Shown here piece by piece: positions 49,801 through 62,489 of a stretch of 64,000 nucleotides of DNA. Position 1 is the stretch's first letter, and every line of letters starts with the position of its first letter. The DNA comes from Octopus sinensis. Its lineage: Eukaryota. Made by a program: the position numbers and the translations under genes. The stretch covers positions 36,580,001 through 36,644,000 of the forward strand of contig NC_043007.1 of assembly GCF_006345805.1 (NCBI RefSeq). Reading direction: 5' to 3'. The notes under the pieces were generated by a model. The model had not been told where the DNA came from. It worked only from the letters and a program-made list of their open reading frames with translations, and made no database searches.

Positions 49801-50699
49801 AAATTCAAATGAAAATGAAAGTCGAAAGAACCCTTGCTAAAAAAAAATACTGAATATAAAAATTACAAAAAATAAACACAAACAATAAAAATAAATTTTA
49901 AAAACTACTAAAAATTGAATGCAAAAACAAAAAAAATTATAGAAAATAACTGCAAAATTGTTAAAAATATGCAAAAAATACAAAAAAAATATAAAGTTTA
50001 TCAGAAAAATTTTGAAAATATAAACTATAGAAAAAAATCATAAGATAAAAAGATATTTTGCAAATGTTACTAAAAGGATAAAAGAGAAAAGGTTTACAAA
50101 CCCGACAAGGTGTTGATATAATGAAACCTAGACAAATATTACAAATACCTAGATGGACAGATAAAATACTAAACGATGGGATTTCTAAGTGGCTACTTGA
50201 CCTTCATGAAATATAAGTCAAACCTCTCACAAATTGCGACTTATCATTTTAAAAAATGGAAGGCTGTATTTGGATAATGTAATCCTGTGGTGAGCTTCCA
50301 GTGTGGGAGACCGGGGGTTAAGAGAACTATGCAGTTGCCCCTTAGTAACCACTAATCCCATGTCAGCCCTGATGTGAGGTGGTAGTAATGTCAAGGGCCT
50401 CAGCTATGGATCAAATAATTAAACATGGTCCTACGGGTGAGACATACAAAAGCTAGCCCTTAGACATGTGTCACACAGGCTCAAGATTTGAATAGGTTCT
50501 GTGCCTCAAGCATAAGCTTGGGTAAGAAGGTGAATAGCAGAGTAAACTGAAGATGGCAAAAGAAAACCATTGCTGTATCTTTCCCAAGAAAAATCCTTAC
50601 TCTTCAGACTTTGCCATGGAGGTCCATGATTGCCAATGGCTGTAGGCATAGCACATGATGAGAGAGTCATGAAAGAGGCATTAGACAAGTCATACCAAC

Positions 50700-50915
50700 T
50701 CATAAAGACTGGTTTCCCAGTTTCATGGGCTATATATTTATTCCCCACCTGGACGGGATGCTGGCTCATCACAAGATTACTTATTTTTGCCAGCTGAGTG
50801 GACTGGAACAACATGTATGAAAGGTTTTGCTCAAGAACACATCGCGTCACCTCGTCCAGGAATCAAAACAACAATTTTACAATCATGAGTACAACAACCC
50901 CTAACCACATGTTTC
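50700..50915 (-). mobile_element. SINE-E with V-domain-like tail
   Basis: gctcaagaacac and ccacctggacgggatgctgg. Confidence 0.7.
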
Positions 50916-50923
50916 CACTTAGA

Positions 50924-51152
50924 AGTGGAGGCATATGGCCAAGTGGTAAGAGCAGCGGACTCATGGTCGAGGATCGTGGGTTCGAATCTCAGACCGGGCG
51001 ATGCATGTGCTTATGAGCGAAACACCTAAGCTCCCCGCGGTTCCAGCAGAAGGTAATGGCGAACTTCTGCTGACCCTTTCGCCACAACTTTCTCTCACTT
51101 TTTCCTCCTGCATCTTGCAGCTCACCTGCGACGGACCGGCATCCCGACCAGG
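50924..51152 (+). mobile_element. SINE-D, 3'-truncated
   Basis: Matches 42775-43082. Confidence 0.85.
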
Positions 51153-51377
51153 TGTGATACCTGTGCCAGTGGCACGTGCCGATGACTAAGGAATATAATA
51201 TCCAGCTATATGTGGTACTGCAGAAGACCAGACTACCTCAGGCAAAACAGGACCTGACACAAGGGTAGTGTTTGGAGTCTGAGATACTTTGTACTCTGCC
51301 AAGTATACATTGCATATCTTGCTTCACATAACCAATTTCTCCAAATCAAGATCATCATCACCACTATAATTTTTTAA

Positions 51378-51824
51378 ACCTTTAGCATTCCAATTATTCT
51401 GCCTAATGTAATGCTTAGTTCTTCACATTATTTTGAATTAATCATGCATTATCTTGTAGCTTAAGATTTCAGTGATGTGCTTGCTTATTTTCAGAATGAC
51501 AGTGTATGGTAAGTACATGAGCCTGAATATGGTTAGTCTGTACATAAAACAGGTATAATATTTGGGCTGGATAGGCGGCAAGCTGGCAGAGTCATTAGCA
51601 CATCTGGTGAAATGCTTAGTGGTATTTCTTCTGTCTTAACATTCTGAGTTCAAATTCCGCCGAGGTCGACTTTGCCATTCATCATTTTGGGGTCGATAAA
51701 TTAAGTACCAGTTGCATACTGGGGTTGATCTAATTGATTGGCCCCTTCCCCAAAATTTTGGGCCTTGTGCCTAGAGTAGAAAAGAATATTTGGGCTGGAT
51801 ATGGCCAGTTTAAGAGCTAAAGAG
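51378..51824. mobile_element. piggyBac-like MITE (family 2) hosting a SINE-B
   Basis: TTAA flanks; homologous to 45137-45704. Confidence 0.7.
51574..51784 (+). mobile_element. SINE-B with 17-bp TSD
   Basis: aatatttgggctggata at 51557-51573 and 51785-51801. Confidence 0.92.
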
Positions 51825-52094
51825 TTAATGTCCATCTTCAATGCTGGCATGGATTGGACAATTCAACAGGAAGTGATAAGCCAGAGGATAGTGCCAAGCT
51901 CCAGTGTCCACTTTGACCTGCTCCTATAGTTGGATGATGTTATAACACCAACCACATTGCAGATTACAAAGTAGTGTACTGACTGCTTTTTTTTTGGTGA
52001 GGGGGTCACATATACAAGTGGGGTAACCAAGCAACTTACAAGACAAGACCTCTTAACTGAGTGGGGTATAGTATTGAGGGATGTAATTTTATAC

Positions 52095-52298
52095 CTATTT
52101 CTTTACTACCCACAAGGGGCTAAACACAGAGAGGACAAACAAGGACAGACAAACGGATTAAGTTGATTATATCGACCCCAGTGTGTAACTGGTACTTATT
52201 TAATCGACCCAGAAAGGATGAAAGGCAAAGTCGACCTTGGCAGAATTTGAACTCAGAACATAACAGCAGACGAAATACGGCTACGCATTTCGCCCGGC
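52095..52298 (-). mobile_element. SINE-B
   Basis: Matches 8882-9090. Confidence 0.85.
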
Positions 52299-53284
52299 AA
52301 GAGGTTAAAGTATGATAGAGGTACAAGAACAAGTGTTTTGCTTTAGAGGAGAAATATTGCTACCAAATGTTGAAAGAAATTGAATCATTTCTTTTATTCA
52401 AATCCATCCATGAAGAAAAATTTGAATAATTTCAGAGGAAATAGTTTATTTAACCTCATCAGAACTGAAGAAATCACTACACAAATTAAGGTGAGAATAC
52501 ACTCCTGATATTGGTGGTTAAAATTTAGATAATAACTGAATATTATTTTTCAATTATTACCTCAAAAAAAGAAATTTATCAATCAAAGCCAAACACACAA
52601 TTCACTGTTGTATTCCATAATTTTAGCTGTAGGTGACATCATTTTCTGCTATTTAACCTCCAGCCACTGAAAACAATTGATATCTTTTTTGATTTTACCA
52701 TATTCTATGTTATTTACTCTCTAACCATTGGAAACAATTGTTATTAATTTACTTCATAAAAAATAAATGAATAATTCAAAATATTCTTGAATATTTTCTC
52801 TTTAAAAAAATTAACTAAATTTCTGTTATTTTACATCATAAAGTTTTATTTTTAATTCCAAATAAATAAAATAAACAACTAAATTCAACAGTACCAAAAA
52901 AATATTCCTATAAACTAATCAAGCCAGCTACAGCATAACTACAAAAACAATGGCTCTTCAGTTGAATGACAGACAAGCTAATATTTGATTTCTAAGATTA
53001 CCCCAAGGTCAGAAATTGATTAAATCTACCCTGGTATTTGAGTGGTTTCAGCTCCATAAAAAAGAATTCTCTCTACATATGTCCTGAAGAAGGCCAACCT
53101 TGTTGATGCTGAAAAACTTGATTGCCAGATGTTCTGAAGCTTGTTCTTTGCATGTCAGAAAGTCTTTCATACAATCAGCAATGTGGATCCCAAGCCACTT
53201 AAATTCATTGATCTCTGAGTTGTGTGACATCATTAGAAGAAATTGGCAGGTGGCTTTCATTCTTATTAATTGATTATGAAGAAG

Positions 53285-53672
53285 GAGGTGCAGGAGTGGC
53301 TGTGTGGTAAGTAGCTTGCTTACCAACCACATGGTTCTGGGTTCAGTCCCACTGCATGGCACCTTGGGCAAGTGTCTTCTACTATAGCCCCAGGCCGACC
53401 AAAGCCTTGTGAGTGGATTTGGTAGACGGAAACTGAAAGAAGCCCGTCGTATATATGTGTGTGTGTGTGTGTGTTTCTCCCCCCAACATCGCTTGACAAC
53501 CGATGCTGGTGTGTTTACGTCCCCATAACTTAGCAGTTCGGCAAAAGAGGCCGATAGAATAAGTACTAGGCTTATAAAGAATAAGTCCTGGGGTCGATGT
53601 GCTCGACTAAAGACGGTGCTCCAGCAGGGCCACAGTCAAATGACTGAAAAAGTATAAGAGGAAAAGAGTAAG
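53285..53672 (+). mobile_element. SINE-A, full length
   Basis: Matches 22746-23103. Confidence 0.9.
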
Positions 53673-53937
53673 GAACTTCAAGATCACTTCTCATGAGGAT
53701 TCAAAATGTCTCATGGCATGTACACAAGATCCAAAAGGAGAGATTTACAGACACATTCCACCCATCTCAACCATTGTTGCTCAACACAGGATAGTCTTTC
53801 CTGACCACTGCTATCATGGTGAACACCAGATCATATGAGATGTTATATTTTGGAAACTTCCAAAACTAAGGCAGCAGGCGGGCAGAACCATTAACAAGCC
53901 AGGCAAAATGTTTAGCGGAATTTCTCCCATCTTTACA

Positions 53938-54280
53938 TTCATCATCACCATCATCATTTAATGCTTGTTGTCCATACTGGAATGAGTTGGACAGTTTGGC
54001 TAGGGCTAGTATGCAGAAGGGGCTGCACTAGACTCCAGTCTGATTTGGCATGGTTTCTACAGCTGGATACCCTTCCTAATGCCAACCACTCCAAGAGTGT
54101 AATGGGTGCTTTTTTGTGCCATCAGCACAGGTGCCAGTAGCATGAAAGCAGTATCTGCCACGACTATTTCACTTGGCTTCATGGGTCTTCTACTCAAAGA
54201 CAGCATATTGCCAAAGATCTCGGTCATTTGTCATTGCCTCCATGAGGCCCACTGTTTGAAAGGTACTTTTTATGTGTCAC
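53938..54280 (-). mobile_element. RTE-LINE 3'-end copy
   Basis: Reverse tail plus 3'UTR similar to 26500-26815. Confidence 0.75.
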
Positions 54281-54939
54281 ATTCCAAGTTCAAATTCTGC
54301 CAAGGTTGATTTTGCCTTTCATCTTTCTAGGGTCGATAAATTAAGTACCAGTCAAGTACTAGGGTCAATATAATCAACTAACTCCCTCTCACAAAATTTC
54401 AAGCCTTGTGCCTATTGTAGAAAGGATATTTTGGAAACTTCCACTCCCTAAGAGTGAGCAAACACCACTCAGCTACATTGATGTTACTGGCAGAGATACA
54501 CTACATGAAATTGAGGAACAACCAGGGCAGAGATTCCTGGTGCAGAGTGGTGGAACACATCTTGGCTGTAGCTGCTTCAAAAATACTTGACTGATATTCA
54601 TTTTATCAATTCCAGGAAGATGAAAAGTAAAGTCAACTTTGTCAAGGTTTGAACTCAGAACTAAATATCAATTTCAAACATGAGTAAACAGGTATAATCA
54701 ATTAAATCTACCCTAGTGTTCATTTATTTTATATCAAAATTAGTGATCAATAACGTGATTGGTTACAGGTTTCCAATGGGTCATTCACAGTTCATTGTAT
54801 TTCTGATAGGGAAAGTGACAAGTGAGTGTCTGTAAACTAAGTGCAGAGAAAATATCACAAGAGACTTTCTTTGCAAATCACTATAAATTAGTATATATAC
54901 ACATACACACACATATATATATCTTTTTTCCTTTTTTAT

Positions 54940-55350
54940 TTCATTTTACTTGTTTCAGTCATCGGACTGCGGCCATGCTGGGGCACCATCGTGAACAATT
55001 TTCAGTTGAATGTATAACCCCAGTATTTATTTTAAAAGCTTGGTACTTATTCTATTGGACCCTTTTGCCAAACTGCTAAGTTACAGGGATGAAAAACACA
55101 CTTGCACTGGCTTTTAAGTGGTGGTGGGGAGGACAAACACAAACATAAAGATACACACACACACACAAACAGATATATATACATATACATATATACGACA
55201 GGCTTCTTTCAATTTCAGTCTACCAAATCCATTCACAAGGCTTTGGTCAGCCCAAGGCTATAGTAGAAGACACTTGCCCAAGGTACCATGCAGTGGGACT
55301 GAACCCTGGACCAGGTAGTTGGGAAGCAAGTTTTCCAACTGGTGCCTACA
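54940..55350 (-). mobile_element. SINE-A
   Basis: Reverse tail, microsatellite and head. Confidence 0.8.
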
Positions 55351-55789
55351 TCCTTTTCTGAAAGGCATCAACGAAAAATATATACATATACACTCATGCA
55401 TGCATACACTAGAAGTGAGAAAAAGAACCTTTTTGTGGTCACTCAATCTGCTAGAAATTGTATCTACGCTATGCAACATAAATGCATTGTTTAAGTTCCC
55501 ACTGCAAGGAATTTTGGAATTCAGCAACAGTAAATCATTATATGGTATTCTTTTGCAAGAGGTTCTGAGACCAGCATGATCACCAGACATTGGTTCAGTT
55601 ACTCTCCATGATGTTGGTTATACGTATTGGTAAACGAGCAATACCAACAACGATAACAGCAACAACAGACTGACTTCTTGGTTTTGTGCTTTGGCATCCA
55701 GTGTTATCAGGAATGGTGTAGGGTGGACCCAAAACCTATAGCATGAACAAGTCTTTCCCCTCGGCTATAATATATACCATGGAGAGAAA

Positions 55790-56520
55790 GAGAAAGGGAG
55801 CAAGAGAAGTGATCTATTGATGTAAGCAGCAGAAATGTAATATAATCAACAAGTGTTTATCCGTAACAAACCTTCCTTTGGGTTAAAATAATATGTACAA
55901 TGAAAAGGGAGAAAGAGAAAGTAAAATGCAGACTATTACTAGAAACAGTATATAATTAACAAGTGCTTATCAATAACCTCTGGGTCAAAAATATGTACAA
56001 TGGAGAGAGAGAGAGAGAGAGAGAGACTGAGAGACAGAGAGAGGTGAAGACCAATGCTATAGACAGCAAAAACACTATATAATTAACAAGTGTTTATCAA
56101 TAATAGTCCTGCCTTCATTTTGAAACATGTACTGTGAAGAATGAGAGAGAGAAATAGATAGATGGATAAATAGGAGTGAGTGAGAAAAAGAGGAGATTAC
56201 GAGGAAGTGAGAAGGAGAGAAAAAGAGAGGAGAGAGATTGAGAGATTGGTGTGTTCCATCACTGTAAGCAATAGAAACACTGTATAATTGATGAATATTT
56301 ATCAATACTAACCATTCCTGGGAAAAAAAGAGAAAGTCAGGGAAAGTGAGAAAGAGAAAGAAAAGAGAGAGAGAGACGGAGAGAGAAAGAGGTGGGCAAG
56401 GTCAGTTTATCGCTGTATATGGCAGAGACACTTGTAATTGGAGAAATGTTTAGCAACATCAAACATTTCCTCTTGGTTGAAATAAGTGTCTTGGAGGGGG
56501 AGGGAGAGAGAAAGTGAGAG
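55790..56520 (+). repeat. Degenerate motif-plus-(GA)-spacer array, about 5 units
   Basis: tataattaacaagtgtttatcaata-like motif at 55841, 55951, 56078, 56283 and 56433. Confidence 0.65.
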
Positions 56521-56854
56521 AAAGAAACAGAGTTGGAAAAATAGAGAGAGAGAGAGAGAGAGAAGGGGGAGGAGGAGGAGGTTATTGCTGTAGCTGCTTG
56601 GCCTCAGATCAACCTAGATCAAGCAGGCCCACAATCAAAGTCACTCCAACTGTGACAATCACATATTTGTGTATTATTTTAGGAGTACATTGCTCATTGC
56701 ATCCTTCCTTTCTGAAGACAGCAGGATGTAATTTAAGAAAGATATGATTGCTATTTCTAGGTTAAATGTCCACATAGTGGTTACTTCGTTGGCTCAGTTC
56801 ATAGCTAAATTGATGAGTATCTGTACAATTGATGAGTATCATAGTGGAGAAAAT

Positions 56855-57270
56855 CTATTTATGAAAGAAGAGGTATTACAACATAATAGTCTGCACTGGT
56901 GCCTTTGGTGGATAAGTCCATTTATGAAAGAAGGGATGTTGCAACAAAATAAAAAACAACCAATGGTGGAGAAAGCCTATTTCTGAAAGAAAGGGCGTTG
57001 AAGATAATAGTCTGTACTGGTGGTGTTGAACCACAAAGCCTTTGGTGGATAAGTCCATTTATGAAAGAAGGGATGTTGCAACAAAATAAAAAACAACCAA
57101 TGGTGGAGAAAGCCTATTTCTGAAAGAAAGGACGTTGAAGATAATAGTCTGTACTGGTGGTGCTGAACCACAAAGCCTTTGGCGGATAAGTCCATTTATG
57201 AAAGATGGGATGTTGCAACAATATAAAAACCAGCCAATGATGGAGAAAGACCATTTATGAAAGAAAATTT
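56855..57270 (+). repeat. 137-bp tandem repeat (about 3 copies) built of two related subunits
   Basis: gcctttgg(t/c)ggataagtcc at 56901, 57038 and 57175. Confidence 0.92.
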
Positions 57271-57860
57271 GTTGCAAATGTAGACAGTCTAGTGGTGGGG
57301 ATAATCAAGTGGACATGCAATACATAGTGGTGGTGCTCTAGTGCATTCAAGGTATATATTGACAGTAGTAGTGGTGATCTAGTGTATCAGGTATACACTC
57401 ACAGGAACCTAACAAGCAACTTCTTGGAGTCAATGAAAGAGCTTCTAGAATTGATTTGGTCCAGTTTAGAAATAGTAACCAAATCTTTCTCATATAATAC
57501 TTCACCGTCTTGGAAAACATAGGACATATTAGACATTGTAGACTTAGAAACCGACATCTCAATGAAAAAGATTGTCACACCTGGAACACTTTCAATGGTA
57601 GGCATGAACAATTATACTTGATCTAGAGTTAAACATTAACAGTAACCACACAGAATGTCCCGGCCTCAATGTGGTCAATCACTCTGCTAGTAACAACAAA
57701 CTAAATCTTTCTGTGATCTTCAAACACTGAGTCTTAAAACTTCCAACCAGGACCCCAATGCCAGAAGCAATTTGAAGTCATACCTAAAGAAAAATACATA
57801 TGTATATGATGATAGCTTTATCTTATCAGAAGATAGTAGTCGTGCATTCATAGGCATTGA

Positions 57861-58173
57861 ATTTAAGTGGCAAAAGCTTGTACAATATTTAAGAGACAAA
57901 GGCTTGTACAGTATTTAGGTGACAAAGGCTTGTATGATATTTAAATGACAAAAGCTTGTATGATATTTAAGTGACAAAAATTTGTACAATATTTAAGTGA
58001 CAAAAGCTTGTACAATATTTAAGTGAGAAAAATTTGTACAATATTTAAGTGACAAAAATTTGTACAATATTTAAGTGACAAAAGCTTGTACAATATTTAA
58101 GTGACAAAAGCTTGTACAATATTTAAGTGACAAAAGCTTGTACAATATTTAAGTGACAAAAATTTGTACAATA
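57861..58173 (+). repeat. 26-bp minisatellite, about 12 copies
   Basis: ttgtacaatatttaagtgacaaaa(gc/at); units start at 57878 + 26n. Confidence 0.95.
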
Positions 58174-58249
58174 ATTTTGCCACTTTCTTGGTTACCATAG
58201 CAGGTTCCAAGATGACTGATACTATTTTGAATGCAAGTTTTGTCAGAAT

Positions 58250-58475
58250 ATCTTTCCTCTGGAAGAGTTGCCTTCCTCATGGCTTTGCCAAAAATAATTG
58301 GGGGGGGGGGACTTCTGCTACCCCTGGGAAATCTGCTTAAGCCATAGAAGGAACCCTGGGAGATAACAGCTGAAATAGTATCATTTCTCCTAGAAGAGTT
58401 GCCTTCTTCATGGCTCTGCCAAAAATAAAGGGAGCCTCCCCTACCCCTGGGGAAATCTACTTAATCCATAGATGA
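58250..58475 (+). repeat. ~130-bp diverged tandem duplication
   Basis: gaagagttgccttc(c/t)tcatggct(t/c)tgccaaaaataa ... ctacccctggg ... ccataga occurs twice. Confidence 0.75.
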
Positions 58476-58636
58476 GACCCTGACAGGTACTACTGCTCTG
58501 GGTCAGAATCAACCTGGGAGTAACAGTAATTAAGGGGTGACTTCATGCTCTCCACAACCCCAGAACTCCTGAACTAGACTCTCACCACTGAATGTAGTTT
58601 AATGTCATGCCCAGGACATTCAGACAGACATACACA

Positions 58637-58690
<54 letters not shown>

Positions 58691-58821
58691 CATACATCTG
58701 TGCACACACACACACACACACACAACTCTTATTACACTCCTTTAATCTTTAACCATTATCATCACTTATAAATTGTATTTTACTAATTAGAATCTATTAT
58801 ACATAATTAACACAGCATAAT

Positions 58822-59200
58822 TGTGAAGGCGCATGGCTCAGTGGTTGTGAAGGTGCAAGGCTCAGTGGTTAGACTGTCTAGCTCACAATCATGAGGTAGT
58901 GAGTTCGATTCCTGAACAGGACTGTGTGTTGTGTTCTTGAGCAAGACACTTTACTTCATGTCACTCCAGTTCACTCAGCTGCAGAAATGAGTAGCGACAT
59001 CACTGGTGCCAAGCTGTATCGGCCTTCGCCTTTCCCTTGGAGAACATCGGTGGCAGGCTGGTGTGCATGAGCGACTGCTGGGATTCCACAGAAAAACAAC
59101 CTTGCCCTGGCATGTGCCCCAGAGGGCAACTTTCTATGGGTAGTTACCCATCAAAAGAATGGATAGTTCTGGCGGGAATGCTTCAGATCACAGGTCTACT
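58822..59200 (+). mobile_element. SINE-E with a duplicated 5' end
   Basis: A-box tggctcagtgg twice, B-box gagttcgattcc, gtgttcttgagcaagacac. Confidence 0.85.
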
Positions 59201-59629
59201 CAATGAGGTTTGAGCCCTGAGGATAAATAACCATGACAACAACAACGACAACAACAGCAGCAACAACAGTAAGAAAATCTCTAGATATTATTACGATGTG
59301 TAAAATATTCCTTCTTGTACAAAAAGAGACTTGATTTTTTAATAAGCTTTCTTGACACCAATAATTGATATTGTAATGTATAGTGAATTCTTCCCAGAGG
59401 ATTTTTTTGCCCTGTAATATATTTGGTGTCATGTAATGGCACCATAAATTAAAAGTGGTTTTATCACTGATTATCCTGGCATTGAACAGAGAATACGTGT
59501 TTATATTTTAAACATGCTAAACACATTTATTTTGCAAGGAGAGAGAGGGGGAGGGAAGGAGGGCAGGAGGGAGGGAGAGAAGGAAAGTGATAATTTGAGA
59601 ATCTGGGTTCTTATATTTTCAATTATTTT

Positions 59630-60306
59630 ATTCTCCAATACCATTATCACGACTACCAACACCACCTCCAACACCACTGCCACCACCACCAACAACAACA
59701 ACACCACTACCAACACCCCCACCATCACTACCTCCAACACTATCACTAACATGAGGAATTATAATCACAGCTGTCATAACTATTACTACTACCACCACCA
59801 CCACCACTACCACAGCCATAATTGCCACTGGCACCACTACCATCACCACAAACTCCCGCCAATTCTACAATCACTACTATCACCAACACCACAACAATCA
59901 GAACCATAACTGTCAGTAATCACCACCACCTTCATCATCGTCAACATCATTATCACCATCAACATAATCGCCACCACTACCACCGACCATTATCTGCAGT
60001 GCAATCACCACCACCACCACCATCACTACTACAATCATCATCATCATCATCATAATCACAAAAATCTTTACCATCAGCACGACAATAGCAATCCACAGCA
60101 CCACTGCCGCCACCATCACCACTGCCACCACCATCACAGCCACTGTTCATCACCACCCCAACCACCACAAGAACTAATACCATCACCATCATCAGCATCA
60201 CTGTCATAATTATCACCACCACCACCACCACCACCACAACCACCACTGATGGTAGAGGCAGTGGTGAGTGCTAAGGTGTATAATGACTGTGACTCAAAGA
60301 AAATGG

Positions 60307-60341
<35 letters not shown>

Positions 60342-60500
60342 GAGGAGGAGGAGGAGGAGAAGGAAGAGGACAATGATGATAATGATGATGATACCAGAAA
60401 TAGAGTTTTCTTAGACACAAACACAAACTTCCAACACACACACACACACACACACACTGCTGCTGCTGCTAACCTTGATGACCATGATAATTAGCAGAGG
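59630..60500. repeat. (CAC/CAT) trinucleotide tract followed by (GAT/GGA) tract
   Basis: Seen directly. Confidence 0.85.
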
Positions 60501-60980
60501 GATGAAGGTGGGGATGGGGAGCTATGATGATAACATTTATTAGGGATGTAATAATGTTTATATGATGATGATGATGATGTTTACATGGTGATAATGATGA
60601 TGAATATGGTAATGATGATTAAGATGATAACAGCAATCATGACAATTCTGAATATCTTCAGATTGGCTGCTGTTTAGTTGTTGTTTTTGTTGTCAATGAT
60701 GACAACGATGATTAGGATGATGAGGAGGAGGAGGTGAAGGAGGAGGAGGTGAAGGAGGAGGAGGATAGTTACAATGAAGCCAGTTGATGATGACAATGAT
60801 CAATATTGATGATAATGATGATGATGATGACAATGATGATAGCGAGATAATGATGTCAATGAAGATAATAATATGAATGATGATGAACAAGACGATGATG
60901 ATGATGACAGCTGCCACTGACTATAAACCACAATTATTTCTCTCTTGGAACAAGAAGTACTTTTAACAAGTTTACATACA

Positions 60981-61011
<31 letters not shown>

Positions 61012-61029
61012 CATATAAATATACATATA

Positions 61030-61422
61030 CTAGCAGTATCGCCCGGCATTGCTCAGATTTGCTTCGACCCTTTAGAATTGGAATTTTTGAAAAGTAAAAC
61101 TTTTGCATTATGTAGCTTGTTATTCTCTTTAAGTGAACATTTTTCTGGTTGAAATATGCCGAAAAATGGTGACACAGCAGTCAAAAAAATCGTAAGAAAT
61201 AGGGATTTTCATAGAAAAAAAGCACCTTTTTGATGTAAATAATTTTTGCTGTTAACATGGCCTGATTTGAATTTTTTCTTCTACGGAAGGAAGAGCAAGC
61301 CTTCTTCTATCATACTCTCAATTTTGGTCAACTTACGCCGCAGGGTCTCGGAGGAGATAGTGTTAGTTGAAGGCTACCAAACCTGCCATATGCAGACAAC
61401 TTCAGCTTTATATATATAGAGA
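61030..61422 (-). mobile_element. Non-autonomous Helitron, complete
   Basis: Minus strand begins A|TCTCTATATATATAAAG and ends with GC-rich gcaatgccgggcgatactg followed by CTAG|T. Confidence 0.75.
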
Positions 61423-61643
61423 TATGTATATATCATCATCATCATGCTGGCATGGGTATGTATACACACAAACACACATATATATATAGAAGTATTCTGT
61501 GGCTTAGTAGTATTTTGACTTCTATCTTTAGTGAAACAGGAACCTATGTAGTACCCTAATATATCTAAATATATTTATATTATCAATAATTATTGATAAT
61601 ATAATTCTCTCTCCCTGATATTAAACTACAGTTCTCTCTGTAG

Positions 61644-61767
61644 GAATGTGTTGCTCTATAACTCACGTGGGTGGAAGATGAAGAATGCAAAGCCTCATTT
61701 GTACTTTTTGAATTCGTTAGTACTAGCGGTCGAAGATGGTTTGTCTGGGATTACTCATATCAGACAG
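61644..61767 (+). CDS. Candidate internal coding exon of an unidentified host gene (NVLLYNSRGWKMKNAKPHLYFLNSLVLAVEDGLSGITHIRQ)
   Basis: Acceptor gttctctctgtag|G and donor CAG|gtatgt; 124 nt; only one frame open (phase 2 to phase 0); non-repetitive and CpG-containing; protein not recognised. Confidence 0.5.
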
Positions 61768-62489
61768 GTATGTTCGATTTTTAGTGCTCTCAAATCCAAA
61801 TCAAAAGAAATCTTTGAGCTGACGAAGGAAATGTTGATCTTTATATTCAACTAATCCAGAAACGGCCATTCTCAAGTAATCTTATGTACGTGTGATCTTT
61901 CATTATTTTTCCCTCTAAACCTGTGTGAATTATTTTTGAGTATGCATTGTCTGGGAGATTTTTCTTATAGTAGAAGAAATGGCTAAGATTTTTTGGCTGC
62001 TATTTCTAAAAGTTTGGTGTGTGTGGTAAAGTAAATTATTTTACTGAACCCTAATTATATAATGTAAATATATTTATATATATTTAATTATTAATTTCAC
62101 CTATATGGCCTTTACGCTCGCGGCCACTAACGTTATCTTTAGGAATAATATCATTCTTTTATATTTACATGCATACATACACACACACACATATATATTG
62201 GAGGGAAAAGGCCAACAAAAACCAAGGCAGGACAAGTATCTCAAGTCATTTAGAATATTTGATTAGAGTAAGGGGAATTTGAGGTAATTAATTAATTGAT
62301 TAGTTAATTAATTTAATTATTGGACATCTTACAGTTGTTTCTGGAATATCCCAAGTTAGCATCTTCATACACTGGGAATTCCATCATCATGGACAAGGTG
62401 AGTATGAAAGGGAATTCACAGTTTATCAAGGAATAAAATAGTAGATAGAAGAACACAGAAATATATATTCACTTATTATTGAGGAATAC

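Noticed and set aside
49800-50250. A-rich stretch resembling a mitochondrial insertion
   Set aside because: No mitochondrial gene, tRNA or rRNA motif recognised.
53048-53371. ORF tail with KWLGIHI, faintly like a LINE YLG motif
   Set aside because: The 5' third is SINE-A, there are no other RT motifs and no good splice sites.
57399-57611. 70-aa minus-strand ORF ending at a gtgagt donor
   Set aside because: It overlaps a SINE-G-like fragment, and the nearest good acceptor gives stops in all frames.
55790-58173. CRISPR-like interpretation of the motif/spacer and 26-bp arrays
   Set aside because: Eukaryotic context, no cas genes, and the spacers are low-complexity or absent.
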